Assembly: GCF_009914755.1 (NCBI RefSeq)
Contig: NC_060926.1
Strand: one strand, 5' to 3'
Length of the DNA stretch: 64,000 bases
Origin: the human T2T-CHM13v2.0 reference genome, Homo sapiens
Both the position numbers and the translations under genes were made by a program. How positions within the stretch are numbered: the first letter of the stretch is position 1; each line of letters begins with the position of its first letter. This document shows, piece after piece, positions 28,765 to 42,344 of this stretch. The notes below the pieces were generated by a model that saw nothing but the letters and a program-made list of their open reading frames with translations, was not told the origin of the DNA and made no database searches.

Positions 28765-29660
28765 AGGAGTCAATTCCTCTTCTACCAGTTGACTACCTGA
28801 TCATGATTCTGGTTATTTGTGAAGTAGTATCATATATTTTTGATTTAAACAATATGCTGCATCGTGAATGTTGTCTCACAGTTGGCACCAAAACTGGGCC
28901 TTTAATGAACTATTCTGTGTCCTGTCAAGCCAAATGATTTTTAAGTGATAGGATATATGAAAAGAGCAGTGAATTTTGAGTGTGAACCCATTACTTGATG
29001 TCTTAGGTTTTGAAAAATCCATTGACCAGAATAATATTGTGTAGGATATTATGTCAGTGAGCAAGGCATTCTGAATTCACGTATAATAAGGCTGGCATAA
29101 CTATAACAGTAAGTAAAGGCACATTTATATCTCAAATTAATAATTATTTCAATGATAGATAAGTAATAGCCACTCCATGCAGGATAGGGTCCACTAGAAT
29201 CAAGCTGTTACCAGGTATCTGGCTGGTTTTCCTAGGGAATGGTGCTACTTACCAAGGCTGGCTTGTTTTCCTAGGGAATGGTGCTACTTACCAATATGGT
29301 CTCTGCTGTTGGAAAGCCAGGTGTTCATCACTGGCAGTAGCCCCTCAGTCTTGGTGAGGGGAAGTCCATGTTGCCGAACCTTTGCATAACCTCTATCTCC
29401 TGTTCTATGACCACTATATACATAGGCCCAGTGAGTAAGTGCTAAAGGAGTTGGGGGCAGAGAATGACCAGCATCCACACAAAGGGGCATCTTGCCCATT
29501 TGATGATCAAGGACTCCTTTTACAGCTGATGCTCTTTGGTAAGCAGCCACATTCAACACAAATACCTTGGCATTCTATGCCCATTCTAAGAGGTCCATGC
29601 TTTAGGCTACTCATGAATCACACCATCCTTCTGTCCACTTTGAACTTTCATAAAATAACA
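28765..29660 (-). mobile_element. ERV-L pol relic (RNase H end / integrase N-terminus), continuation of 22560-23499
   Basis: ORF 29284-29559 WAYVYSGHRTGDRGYAKVRQHGLPLTK resembles ERV-L WAHEQSGHGGRDGGYAWAQQHGLPLTK. Confidence 0.8.
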
Positions 29661-29719
29661 TCATGCTTCCATTCAACAACATGTAATTTTTTTACAAAGA
29701 GATTCTCAGAACTGGACAA

Positions 29720-31480
29720 ATAAAGAGAAAAGTACTCATTGTTACAGAACATTGTGATAATTTACATAGATTATCCAAAATCTAATAAAAGAAGTTAGAA
29801 GTATTGCTTAAATCAAGATCAAAATTAAAAGATAAATGTCGCCTTATATATCAACAATAATAGATTTCATAGAAAAATATATCACTCACAACAGCCACTG
29901 AACTATAAGAGATGTAGAATAAATCTATCAAAATATGTAGAATACCCACAAAAAGAAAATTACAAAATGCTATTGAAGAAGATAAGAGATTTATATAGAT
30001 GAACTTGTATAATTTGCTCATGAATTTAAAAAACTCACTCTCCTAAGTAGATTAGCATTCCCACAAATAATCCATATATCAGAACTATTTAAATCAAAAT
30101 TTCAACATGATTTTTCATGGAGCTAAACAGACTAATTCTAAAATGAATTGAAAGCAATTATTTAATATTCTCCAAAATAATTCTAAAAACTAAACAAGAA
30201 GTAAGGTAACTTTCGCTACTAGACTTAAGACTTTATAAAGATATGGTAATTAAAATATTTAGACAGAGGTTGAGAAGTAGACCAATAAAGGAAATCAGTA
30301 GAGATACTGGAAACAGACTCAAGCATATGTGGGGATTAGTACCTGCTGTCCATAGCATACAAATCAGTATGCAGTGGTAAACTCTTCATAAAAATGTATA
30401 GTGACTCAGTTGGCTTTCCTTATGGAGAATAGAGTCTAGAGCACCACTTCATATCACACATACAAAAAAACTTCCACATGCATTAAACATCTGAATTATA
30501 AAATCAAACTTGTAATGCACCTATAAGAAAATGTAGAATGTTTTTAAGCACTGCTGAGAATGTAAAAATTTCTTAGCTAAAACACATTAATAACAACAAA
30601 AAGAATAAATTAATAAATGTGATCATATGAGATTTTAAAGTTCTATAATATAAAAGTGCCATATACAAAGTTAAAAACAGATCAAATTGGCAGAAGATAT
30701 TTCCAATATATATAACCAAGAGTTTTAGTCTACAGAAAAGAAAAAGAATGCCTACAAGTCAATATTTAAGACAAAAATAATCTACTAGAAAAAATGTGCA
30801 AAGTAACTAATTTAACTGAACAGGCAATTCCCAGTGGAGAAAATAGCGAATAAATATGAAAATGCATGCAACCTCACAGAAAATCAGGAGAATGTGAACT
30901 AAAGCACTGAGCAGCTATTGCACATCCACCAGCTGATTGGCATAATTCAGGAAGTTTGACATTACCAGTTTATAAAGCCAATTTGGAGAGCAAGTAGAAA
31001 TCTAGTGAAATTGAAATGAACACACTTGAGTATACAGTAATTGTGGTTTTTGGTGTATACTTAGCAAAATTCACATCATCTACTAGAAAAACTTGAAACA
31101 ACATAAATGCCTCCAAAATATGGTATATTCATAAAATGAAATACTATAGAAACTAAAATAAACTAACCAGATCCTTGCTTATCTTCATAATATTGAATTA
31201 AATGATTAATTGTGGCATGATAGCTTTAACAATAATTTGCAAAATAAAAGCACATCTAAAAGGTAGAGTGGAAGGAAACACATCAAATTCAAGATAGAAA
31301 TTTACTTTAGGGAGGGAGGCTTAGAAATACACTTGAGTAACAGAGATTTATATCTATTTATAGATAGCTATATTACATGATTGGGGAAGAAATGATAACA
31401 TATTTTTATTAATTCTGTATGTTAGGTGTATGGGTATCTATTATTAACCTCTGAATTTTCTTTTAATTTTCAAAATTAAA
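29720..31480 (+). mobile_element. Ancient L1ME-class ORF2 3' half and 3' UTR
   Basis: Degenerate collinear L1 motifs (aaagaaaattacaaaatgctattgaag, gactaattctaaaat, tatggtatattcataaaatgaaatactat). Confidence 0.7.
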
Positions 31481-32175
31481 AACAAAGCACACACAAAAAC
31501 AAAGCACTCAGTGACTGCTATAATAAAGTCCAGGGAAAATACGGGTAGAATGGCTCATGAAAAAGAAATGGGGAAGTTTCTGGAATAAAACTGTGGGGGA
31601 TACAGAGTTTGTTTTTTTCAGGTGGGTGATGCTAAAGAATGGTCCTAAGACACTGGGGAAGATTCATCAGAGAAGCTAAATACAAATGACGCAGGGGAGT
31701 AACTAGCCAAAGACAGAGGCTATTGAAAAACAAGATGGAAAGAAATTTACTACAGCAGTAAAGTCACTAATAGTGAAAAAATGCTTTCTATACTAAAAGC
31801 AGGAAGAAGGAAAACATGGGTTGAATTGTATATAGGTTGGCTGGGTGAAGAATGTTAAAGTGTTTCCCAATCTGAGCAGCTATTTCTCCTGATAGATTAG
31901 AGGAAGTCAGCCAGAGTAGCTTCTTCCCCATCACCACTGGAGGCCAGAAGCTGCCTGAATATGCTGTTGTTGTCACTGAAATCTGGTCGTGGTAGAAGAA
32001 GTGAGTCTGCAGGATGCTGTGTTCGTGTATAATGTATCACAGTGGTTGCTGGAGAAGGGAACTTCCCAGAGGGATCGCTGACTTTAAGCTGCAACATAGC
32101 TCAACGGTCAGGTACAGATGTTTTTTGGCTTCCTCTGTTGTAATTACTTCTCCTTCCAAATGTCTACATCTGGCT

Positions 32176-32189
32176 ATATATATATATAT

Positions 32190-32228
<39 letters not shown>
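32176..32228. repeat. (TA)n(CA)n compound microsatellite
   Basis: Direct read. Confidence 0.95.
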
Positions 32229-32231
<3 letters not shown>

Positions 32232-32379
32232 GAAGGATAGAGGATCTGCACAAAGAAAGCTAACTTTTTTCTCCTCTTTCTCAGAAACTTGTCTTGGGAG
32301 GAATGTTGAATGGGGCATATAAGCAGCTCGGAAGCTGTGAAGGGAGGCACGTCTTAGCTTTAAGATTTATGATCCTAGA

Positions 32380-33160
32380 CATATACACCTGAGAGATGAA
32401 CACCAGCTGTCACATAGTATATATTAAGAGGGCTCCCATGACAAAAATAATAAAGCAATTCACATCTGATGGCTTGAATTTTCAGTTTGAAATATGAAGC
32501 TAGGTCATCAGCTGAGTGTGATGAAGAATGGCATGAAAAGAGAATTAGCTTTAAGACAGTCATTTTGGACCATGATAAAAAGGTTTATTTGAGACACATG
32601 GAATAATTTTGAAGCAATTCTCCTTTCATCTTAGTGACGAGATAGGGAAACAAAACTGGTTGGCTCACTTGTGTGACATTCTGAGCAGTGTCTGTTCAGG
32701 TGCAGACCCTGAGGATATGGATCATAACTTCCATCTGATGTGGGCAAAAGAGAGGAAGACAAAGACAATGGCACTGATGATATTTTCAAGAAAGTAATAA
32801 TAATAATGGCTTAATCCATGACTAGAAAGCTGAAAAGTGACGGACTTATTGAACACAAGAAAGTAAAGAGATCCTTGCATTAAAATCTTTGATGTGGTTT
32901 TTAAATATTCAGGGAAGGAAAAAATCAGGGTTCTTTAGACCAAAACTAATGGAGGCTATGAAAAGAAATTAGTATGTTTAGTGCTGTGGCCTCAGAGATG
33001 ATCCAGTGTTAGCTGATAACAAATTCTAGAGTATCACCTGTGACCGAGTTGCAAATAACAATGATGATTTGAAGAAAGAAAGAACTGAGAGGCTACTGAA
33101 TGATTTATCCATGTAGATGAAGTCCCTGACAATGGCAAGTGAAGTAACAAGAAAGAGTAT
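32380..33160 (-). mobile_element. L2 ORF2 5' relic (endonuclease and linker)
   Basis: Minus-strand LAIVRDFIYMD, GDTLEFVIS and SADDLASYFKLKIQAIRCEL. Confidence 0.6.
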
Positions 33161-33179
33161 AGTGCAACACATTCAAATA

Positions 33180-33342
33180 AAGAAGGAGAAGGAAGAAAAA
33201 AGAAGAGGAAGAGAGGGAGAAAGAGAAGGAAGAGGAGGAGAAGAAAAAGAAGAAGAGAGAAAGAAGAAGCAGAAGCAGAAGGAGGAGAAGCAGGAGGGGG
33301 AGGGGAAGGAGGAAGAGGAGGAGAAGGAGAAGGAGGAAGAGA
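33180..33342. repeat. Purine-rich (GAA/GGA/GAG) low-complexity tract
   Basis: Almost pure A/G over about 160 bp. Confidence 0.9.
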
Positions 33343-34667
33343 ATGTATTATTTGCAGAAGATAGTAACCAGGATGGGAAAAGAGGTCTAGCCAGAAAATA
33401 TGAGCTCCAAGAAAGCAGGAGAACTGTCCAAAACCCTCCAAAAGAAGCAAGGATATACATATCTGAAAGTGGCAATGAAGAATAAATGAACACCTAGACA
33501 AATTCCTGATCATAAGATGAGAGAGAGTAAAAAGAAAGAGAAACAAATAAACCAACAAACAAAACTTAATTAGCTTAATTTTGAAAGAACAGCAAGAAAT
33601 GTAGAGTCCTTGTAGGGCAGCCTTATTTTACTTAAAATGAAGCAGTGAAATAATTTTTTTTAAAGTTTAGAGCATAAGAAAATTGACAGTCTGGAAATTT
33701 TGAAGAGCTAGTGAAATAGTTTGAGAGAAAAGAGTGGGAAATTGTATCTGATGAAGGGACATGTACAGAGCAATAGGGGAAGAGAGCCAGGGTGATGGTA
33801 GCTGAAGTAGGAGACATAGACCCCAGATTAGTAGACAAGGTGAGTCTGATGAGATTCTGTGTTTTCTTGGATCTTCAGAAGTCTTCAGGAAGCAAATAAG
33901 GACTTCTGAAGAGTCCTACTGAAAAAAACAAACTTGAGGGAAAGGACAATATGGGCTATAGGGAAAGTGTGCCTTCCCTACACATGGACCATTTTCCCAC
34001 CTCAGAAAAGTATAATAGCAGAGGCAAAGCTGATAGAGAGAGTCATCAGTTTTAACTAACATCTTTACTTCCTAGACTGCCTTCCAACAAGGAAAAGCCC
34101 AGTTCACAGGTGTAATAAAAAGACCAACATTCATGAACCTATAGATCAATAATCTGGCAGTAGGCTTAGGGCTGCAGAGTAAAGTCAATTCACCAGAAAT
34201 AAGCAATTGCCAATGCTCAAAAAACAATTAAAATTTCGAAAAGGTGTCACGTGACTGCGTATAGACTCAGCTTCTCTGAAGAATGGCATATTTGACACAA
34301 AGCCAGGGAATATTTAAAATCTCAGGGGGTTATTAACACACTCTCCTCAGGAGGACAACATTTCCTGATCCTAGACAGAAACTTCTCTGAGACCGACTTT
34401 TCACTGCCCTGCTCACTCTTACTGCTATGCTACCATCATCTAGCACAGATCAACTTAAATCCAGCACATTTATATGCATACCTCCAGTCCAAGTTCTAAA
34501 AGAATTCTTCAGATTGTGTACCAGTCATCGAAGGAGAATTAAGGAGTAATCCTCTCCATCCATTTTAGGACAAATAACTCCAGGTAGAACTTTTCTATTT
34601 AAAAAATAGTGGTCCAGGAGAAAACCAGTTTGGGACAAATACAGAAGAACATAGAAGTAGAATCATC

Positions 34668-34795
34668 CTCCTTTCTCTTTCCCTCTCTTTCTCTCATCTC
34701 TTTCTTTCCTCTCTCTCTCTCTTTCTCCTCCTTCCCTTCTCTTTCCCTTTCCCTTCCCTCCTACTCCCCTTCTCCCAATCTATCTCAACTCTGTT
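34668..34795. repeat. CT-rich low-complexity tract
   Basis: Direct read. Confidence 0.85.
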
Positions 34796-34805
34796 CCCAT
34801 CACCA

Positions 34806-35004
34806 CATCTTCTACCCCGTCTCTGATGCTCCTCTTAAAAAGACCCTTGTTATTACATTGAGCCCACCCAGATAAGCCTTAAAAATCTTCCCCTCTCAAG
34901 ATGCTCAATCACATTTATAAAACCCCTTTGTAAGGTAGCATAGTCACAAGTTCCAGGGATTAGGAGGTAGACACCTTTGAGAGGAAATTATTCTGTTTGC
35001 CACA
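34806..35004 (-). mobile_element. MLT1 (MLT1C/D-like) MaLR LTR, 5' portion
   Basis: gacccttgttattacattgagcccacccagataa...gttccagggattagga...ttattctgtttgccaca. Confidence 0.8.
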
Positions 35005-37105
35005 CATGATAGTTAAACTTCTGAAAGTAAACTAACAAAATATCTTGAAGCAGAAGGGGAGAAATGATACTTTACCTATAAAGAAAAAAAACAGTTGACT
35101 ACCAGCTGATTTCTCACCAGAAACCATGGAAGCCAGAAATAAATGATACCTTTTTTTTGGCAGGGGGCAGAGGCTGGACTTCTCAACCCAGAATTTTACA
35201 TCCAGCAAAATATTCTTCAGGAATAAAAGGGAAATAAGCATGTTTTCAGATGAAGAAAAAACTAATAAATTTTGTTGCCAAAAAACTTTCCATAAAAAGA
35301 TAGCTAAAAGTCATCTATTATTTTGTTTTTTTAAAAAAATAAAAGGATTCCTGAAATATTAAGAAGGAAAAAAAGAACAATGGAAGGAGTAAAAAAAAAT
35401 AGATAAAATGAATTTCCTTTGTCCCTTGAATTTCTAAATTATATTTGATGGTTAAAGCAAAAACATAACACGTGTTGGTTTGGTTCTCAATGTATATGCA
35501 GGAAATAGACTTCTATTATAAAATGGGATTTGTAAAGGCAGGTAAGGCTTCCACGGCTCACATGAACTGGTAAAATATCAACACCAGTAGATAGTAATAA
35601 GTTATATGTTTAATGCAATACCTCATATAACCACTAAAACAGTCATACAAATAGATACATTCAAAAACACCAAAGTTAATTAAAAATGGAATTCTATTAA
35701 ACAGCAACTATCCCACAAGAAAGCCAGAAAAATAAACAAAATGGAGAAATAAAAAACACAGAGAATAAAGATTAATGTATACATTTAAAAAGTATACCCT
35801 AACAGGCCAGACATGGTGGCTTGTGCCTGTAATCTTAGCACTTTGGAAGGCCGCAGCAGCCAGGTCACTTGAGGCCAGGAGTTTGAGACCAGCCTGGCCA
35901 ACACAGTGAGACCCCGCCTCTACTAAAAATACAAAAATTAGCTGGACATGGTGGTGCATGCCTATAATCCCAGATACTCAGGAGGCTGAGGCACAAGAAT
36001 CGATTGAACCAAGGAGGTGGAGGTTGCATTGAGCTGAGATTGTGTCCCTGCACTCCAGCCTGGGTGATAAGATGAGATTCTGTCTTAAAAAGAAAAAGAA
36101 AAAAAAAAAGAAGCAATTCAAATCAATAATTATATCAAAGGTAAATAATCCAATTCACCAATTAAAATAAGATTGGCAGAGTGAATTTTAAAATAAAAGA
36201 TAATTATATGCTGTCTACAATAAATTCACTTCATATATAATCATATAGCATGTTGAAACTAGGATGATGGAAAAACTATATTATGGAAACATTAATGAAT
36301 ATAAAGCAAGAGTGGCTATATTAATATCAGATAAAGTAAGCTTTAGAGCAAATAAAATTACCAGAGACAGACAGGGACATTTTCAAGCGATAAAAGAGTC
36401 AATCTACCAAGAAGGTGTAGCAATCCTAAATGTGCATAGACCAAATAATGGGGCTGCAACACATGAGCAGCAAAATCTGATAAAACTGAGAGGACAAATA
36501 GCAGTAAAATCCGCATTACAGTTGGAGACATCAACAACCTTCTCTCAGTGATTGACACAGCTAGGCAGAAAATAAGCAAGAATATAGAAGAACTCAGCAG
36601 TATCATCAACCAACAAGATCTGACATTTATAGAACATTCCATGCAAGAAAAGCGGAATACACATTATTTTCAAGTATCTGCAAAATATAGACCAAGACAA
36701 ATCACATTCTGTGTTATATAACAACCTCAGTGCATTTAAACAGAACTGAAATCATATGAACCATATTCCCTAATGACAATGGAACCAAAGTAGAAATCAA
36801 TAACAGGAAAACCTCCAAACACATAAAAACTAAAGAACACATTTCTAAATAATCCATGGGTCACAGAGCAATACCTAAGGGAAATTTTTTAAAAATTGAA
36901 CTGAATAAAAATAAAAACCAAACAAATCGAAATTTGTGGGATATAACTAACACAATGCTGAGAGAGAAGTTTATAGCCTACATTAGAAAAGAAAGGAAAT
37001 CTCAAGTTAATAATATAAGCTCCAACCTAAGGAACCAAGGAAAAGAGGAGCAAAATAAGCTGGAAAACAAGCAGAAGAAATAAAATGAGAACAAAAAAAA
37101 TGAAT
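35005..37105 (+). mobile_element. Old L1M fragment: ORF1 end, inter-ORF, ORF2 endonuclease
   Basis: gatttctcaccagaaaccatggaagccaga; ORF 36264-36551 KARVAILISDKVSFRANKITRD; NLWDITNTMLREKFIA. Confidence 0.8.
35805..36110 (+). mobile_element. AluS (Sz/Sx-like)
   Basis: Full dimer, ctctactaaaaatacaaaaattagc linker, A tail. Confidence 0.92.
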
Positions 37106-38754
37106 TTGGAATTTATTATAATAAACAGCTATTTCTTATATTATCAGAAAAGCCTGTATGTCAACAGTATTGTTGAACAAATAAAATTCAAAATAGTCAT
37201 ATAATAAGACCAGCATGGACCAAATCTCAAATTTCAGAAGGAATTTTTGGTAGAAATTTTTTCACTTCATGTCCATTCCTGACTTATATTTCTCTCACTC
37301 TTTTTTTTTTGTTTTGGTACGTGCTTGGCAAACAAAGCTCCACTACTTTAAAGATTTGCTTTAAACCTTTGAAGCTCTTTATTCCTTGCCAAACCAAGCA
37401 AATAATTACCCTCCAATTGGTAGGAAATCCATTATTGCTAATGTGGAACTTTTTCTCCATTCACAATGAGAGTACTTCTTCAACATGTGAAACTTTTTTC
37501 TCTATTCACAAGTCCAAATATTTATTAAAGAAACTCACAACTGAATTAATGAAATACAATTTATAAGAAGTGAGTATTCTCTAATTTCAGATTACTTTGA
37601 AAAGTTTTATGCAATTGCAAAAGTACAAATGTAGCATCAACAGTTACACACGAGAAAGGAGAATAAGAGGAGAATCAGTCTCAACTATAGTGAAAGGGAA
37701 ATATTTTTGAAATTTGTTTCTACAGTAAATATGTCCTTTAGTAATCTTTGATCAGAACACCCAATCCAAAGTCAGATCAAGGTCACTAGAAATAAGTTTG
37801 GTCCTGTCTTTACTGTCCCTCTTCCTAATGACAGCAACCCACATGCACAGTCTTCAAAGTGAACACCTGTCTCCCTCACACTCTCTCCCCACTGTGCTCT
37901 GCAAGTACACTACACATGTGCAGGCCCCCTACCACAGCATGAAGTACCCTGCCCATACACAAGGCCACATGTAATTTTCAAAGTTTGGATTGGCAGTAAA
38001 ATGTACACCAGGAATAGGACAGGTCATTGAAAATGGAAATATAAGAGAAAGCATACTGTCTAAATGTAACCAATATAAATGTCTTCCCAAACTGAGGATG
38101 CAAATCAAATTACACTTTTCTTCCCCACACTCATTGCTGGAACCTCATCTCATTAGCAGGAAGTTGAATAATTTTCCCTAGATATTAATACCTGTCCCCT
38201 ATTCCTTTAATTATTCAAGTACCACAATGTCATACTTGACCCAAAGTGCTAAAGTATTCTTTTAATGTCAAGCATGGAATAAACTGGACTCCAGCCAGTC
38301 TGCAATGTGATAGATCTCAATGGTCACACTGTATCTTTATGGAAGTTTACCTTACACAGTCTATCCACTGTAATAATGATGTGTCTGCTTGTTGAATTCC
38401 ACCTTCAAGTATAGTACTTCCGTCATTAAAGAAAAAAATAAAAATAAAAAGTTGATCACCTCCAAAGCAGCCCTTGGTAAAAGATCTGACTACATTACAA
38501 AGAGAATATTTTGCTTTCCCTGTCTTCTGACAACATAGTACTTTATCAAAATGTTACTCTTTACTTACTGTTTTATGCTATATTCTAGTTCCCACTCATT
38601 TTTATCAATCTGTCATATCTCTATACAATAGAGAGAAAACTAATAGTAATCAATGCATCTCTTCTGTGCTGGCCATTTAACTTAGAAAACTCACTGAGCC
38701 TGCCCCAATATTAATACCATGAGGTGACTTTATGGGTAACAGTGACTCATTCAG

Positions 38755-39083
<329 letters not shown>

Positions 39084-40289
39084 TGACTAACATTCTCCAA
39101 AACTCCAGCCCTACAGATTGTAGTCAGGATGTGAACTGAGTTCTACTTGACTCTAAGGCCCATGTCCTGTCTCTTACTCCAAATTATGTAATTATCCCCA
39201 GCTGATAAGCGAAGACAATAAAGCTCAAAGACATTCAATAACAGGCCCAGACCAAGGTCTCACAGCTGAGAAGAATCAGAGCTGAGTCGAACCCAGATCC
39301 TATGCCTCCAAGTGCCGGGAATATGTTTTGTAGCAGCTCTCCCCTTTCTAAGTGTAAGAATGAATCACATTGCATTAGTGCCTGTGTCTGGCTCTAAGAT
39401 GTTTTCTTTTCTTCTGTCAGTATCAGAACGGAGAGAGGTGATGCAAGTGAAGGCCATCAGTCACTTGGAAAAACTCTGAATAGAGCCCATTAGCCATAAG
39501 AACAAGATGTTTTGGGATACCTTTCAGAAATTCTCTTCCAGGAACCTTTTCAATACAATTATAACCTTGTCCCTGTTATCAAAGGACTGTCAGCAGCACT
39601 TAAGGAACTCACCTGTCTGCTAAAATGTCCCACAGGCCAATAGAAAATCTTTCTCAATCAGGAACAGAAAGTCAGAGGCTCTTCCTGATTGTCACGGGTC
39701 AGCAGGGACCCACCGCCCTGTCCCTCTGACCTTTATGAGGTGGAGATAAAGAACGTAAGAAGCTCACTCCTGAGGTCTTTTCCTTCATTGCCACCGAGGA
39801 TATTTAACATTTTTACTTTCAGGTACAAAAACAAAGATGGAAAACAAAATCTCCCTTATTTTAAGAGTAATTCCTTTAGAGAAGACTTAGAGAAAGTTGA
39901 AAACCTTCAACCAGAAAACAAATAATAGAATCTGCCATTATGAGACATTATGCTGCATGTGTTATAAGAATTATTGCATTTCAGCCTTAGAGAAAATCAC
40001 AGATGAGAGCCTGAGCTTAAGCACGTGTACCTGGTTTAAAGGGCTTACCCTAACACGGACAGCTACTTGGGGGCAGGGATGTTCTTTCTGCAGCACAAAG
40101 CTCTATCCCACAAAAACCTTTTTTTGCCTGAAACACAGGCAAGAATGGTGACAAGTGCTGGGACAGAGAGGTGCAAGTCTTCCCATTCACCACTAAGGAA
40201 GCACAATCCTCGCCTCCCACCCACCTTAGCTGTCCCCCTCCCACTTTCCAAACCCATGGTGGACACACGGCCTGTGAATTGTGAGGCAT

Positions 40290-40447
40290 GAAAACAGGGC
40301 CATAGTACTGGTGCCCTAAGTCAGCCTGCAGCAAGCTGGTGATTCGAGACAAGTGACTCACCCTCTCTGAGCCTCAAATCACACACACCTAAAGGAGAAC
40401 TTTGGTTATCTGCAAAAGTTCTCTAGCTCTAATGATCTTTGAATTCA
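40290..40447 (+). mobile_element. MIR/MIR3 fragment
   Basis: gacaagtgactcaccctctctgagcctca...ctctagctctaatgatctttgaattc. Confidence 0.6.
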
Positions 40448-40739
40448 TAATCTCCAAATATGAGTGATTATAATACTATAGATAGACATAAAATATTAAA
40501 TTATCTGATTCAATAATAAATGGAGGTAAAATTGCATGATGTTTTAATTTCTCATAACTTTCGACTAAATTCACAGAGGATTAGAGAAATAACAAACTCA
40601 ATTTACAGATTTTTAAACCACAAATTGTTCCTGCTTTTGGAAGGGCAGAAGTAAATATTAACGAACATTGACATAATATTTTAACGTTTATAAAATCCGC
40701 ATATGTCACTAAATCTTCACAGGTCTTGGAAGCAGACGC

Positions 40740-40870
40740 TGATGTTCCCAGGTCACTAAGACCCAGCGAGGATAAGCGAGTTTTCCGGAGAGACAGGGTT
40801 ATTAAGTGGCAGAGCCAGGACAGAAATCTTTGTCTCAACTCCAAGTCTCATGTTTTTGCCACTAGCACAC
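40740..40870 (-). mobile_element. MIR fragment
   Basis: actaagacccagcgaggataagcga...aagtggcagagccaggacagaa...actccaagtctcatg. Confidence 0.6.
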
Positions 40871-42344
40871 CTTTCCACGAGATTAACAGTCAACAAAATC
40901 CATTTTTAACCTTACAATGAATTAAAATTCAGTGGTTATCCTCAAAGGTATCACTAGACCTATTTAATGCAACTATTTGGAATATGATAAAATTTCTGAA
41001 TAAAATTTGGGTTATTTATTTATTAAAGTTGCAGCTTTTCATTTTCTAAGAGCAAAGGTGATGAGACAAAGAAAAGATGAAATATTTCCACATTTTGCCA
41101 CTAAAAAGTAAGTCATTTTTAAAACCAGAGATTCAGCAAGTTCTCATTCGCAGGTTTGACTCAGTTCTGAGCTGTCAAAACATGTGTTGCTGCCTAGAGC
41201 TAAAACTGTTTCTAATGTACCTTTCAAATATTGCGACCAAACTGCCATAGTTTTCAAGTTCCTTTGTTGTTTAAATGAAGCAGAAGTATCATTTCCTGAC
41301 AAATAAAAATGCATTAAAGTCCATAAATAGACTTCTTCCCCGACTGAGGGAAAGAGAGCCCCTGGGGAGGTTTGAAAAATGGACACTGTTTCCTACAACA
41401 CAGGGAAGTCTAAGCTAAGGTTTTAGAAGCTGTTCAGGTGCTCTCCGCAGGGAGGTGAGAGGTTTCAGAGGCCTTGTGTGGCTGGGATGTACACACAGAA
41501 CACAGACACTCCCTCAGGCCCCGAGTGCCCTAAAAATCTGGAGGGACACAAGGGAAGATGGAGTAAACTGAAACCTGGAGTTCTAGGAGGGGTAAAGACA
41601 GAAACAGATGAAGTCAGGCCTTCTCCATCCTGTGCTCCTCAGGTTCAGGTCCTCATCTTGTGAGTCTGAGCCTGCTGATGTTGAAGACAGAGGGCTCACA
41701 CACTGCAAAGTTGCCAAAGCAAAGGGAGTGGACTGGTCAACTGGGTCTCCTGCTGAAGCTAGGGAAAGAGAAGCAGGAAATGTTGGACTGCCAGGCTGGG
41801 CCTTTGGTGGGCACTGCTGCAAAGCTCTGTTATCCCTGCTGCAACCATAACCACAACCATGTCTGAGAATCAAGACAACCATCTTCTAACCCCAAGTAGT
41901 GACATTAAGCTCTATGACATTCAGCGTCTCCTTTTGAGGGCCTCAGATGCCTTAGGTTTATAAGGGAGAGGTGATCACCTGCCACATCTTCCTTTCTGAA
42001 TTGTTGTGAAGGTGCCCTAGAAACGAACTCTTAAAAATGTTTGCAAAGATGCAGGTAGTGCAATACCATAAATTTGAAGCTTAAATATAAAAATACAACC
42101 TGTAGTGCAAGGATGAAGCCAAAGTTTTTATGTGGGGAAAATCATCTATATAAAGACACTGAAAGAAACAGAAACCTTGAATCAGCACTCATTCGGTTTC
42201 CACTTGGGGACAGGGTTTTGAAACACCGGGCTACAGACCTCACTGTTATCAGTTCAGAGCATAAAGAGCTTTCATCAATGTGCCCCTTTAAGTGCAGCAG
42301 GCTCGAAAGCCCCCGTGAAATGTTCTTTAAAAATTGAACAGACT

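Noticed and set aside
31800-31990. Possible CR1/L3 3' remnant (also about 43640-43740)
   Set aside because: Only a short ccccatcaccactggagg-like match; needs an HMM search.
33034-33558. E/K-rich (+) and P/S/F-rich (-) ORFs
   Set aside because: Translation artefacts of a stop-free purine tract.
39395-39620. Isolated splice acceptor (+, 39420) and donor (-, about 39611)
   Set aside because: Opposite strands and no matching partner sites or coding frame.
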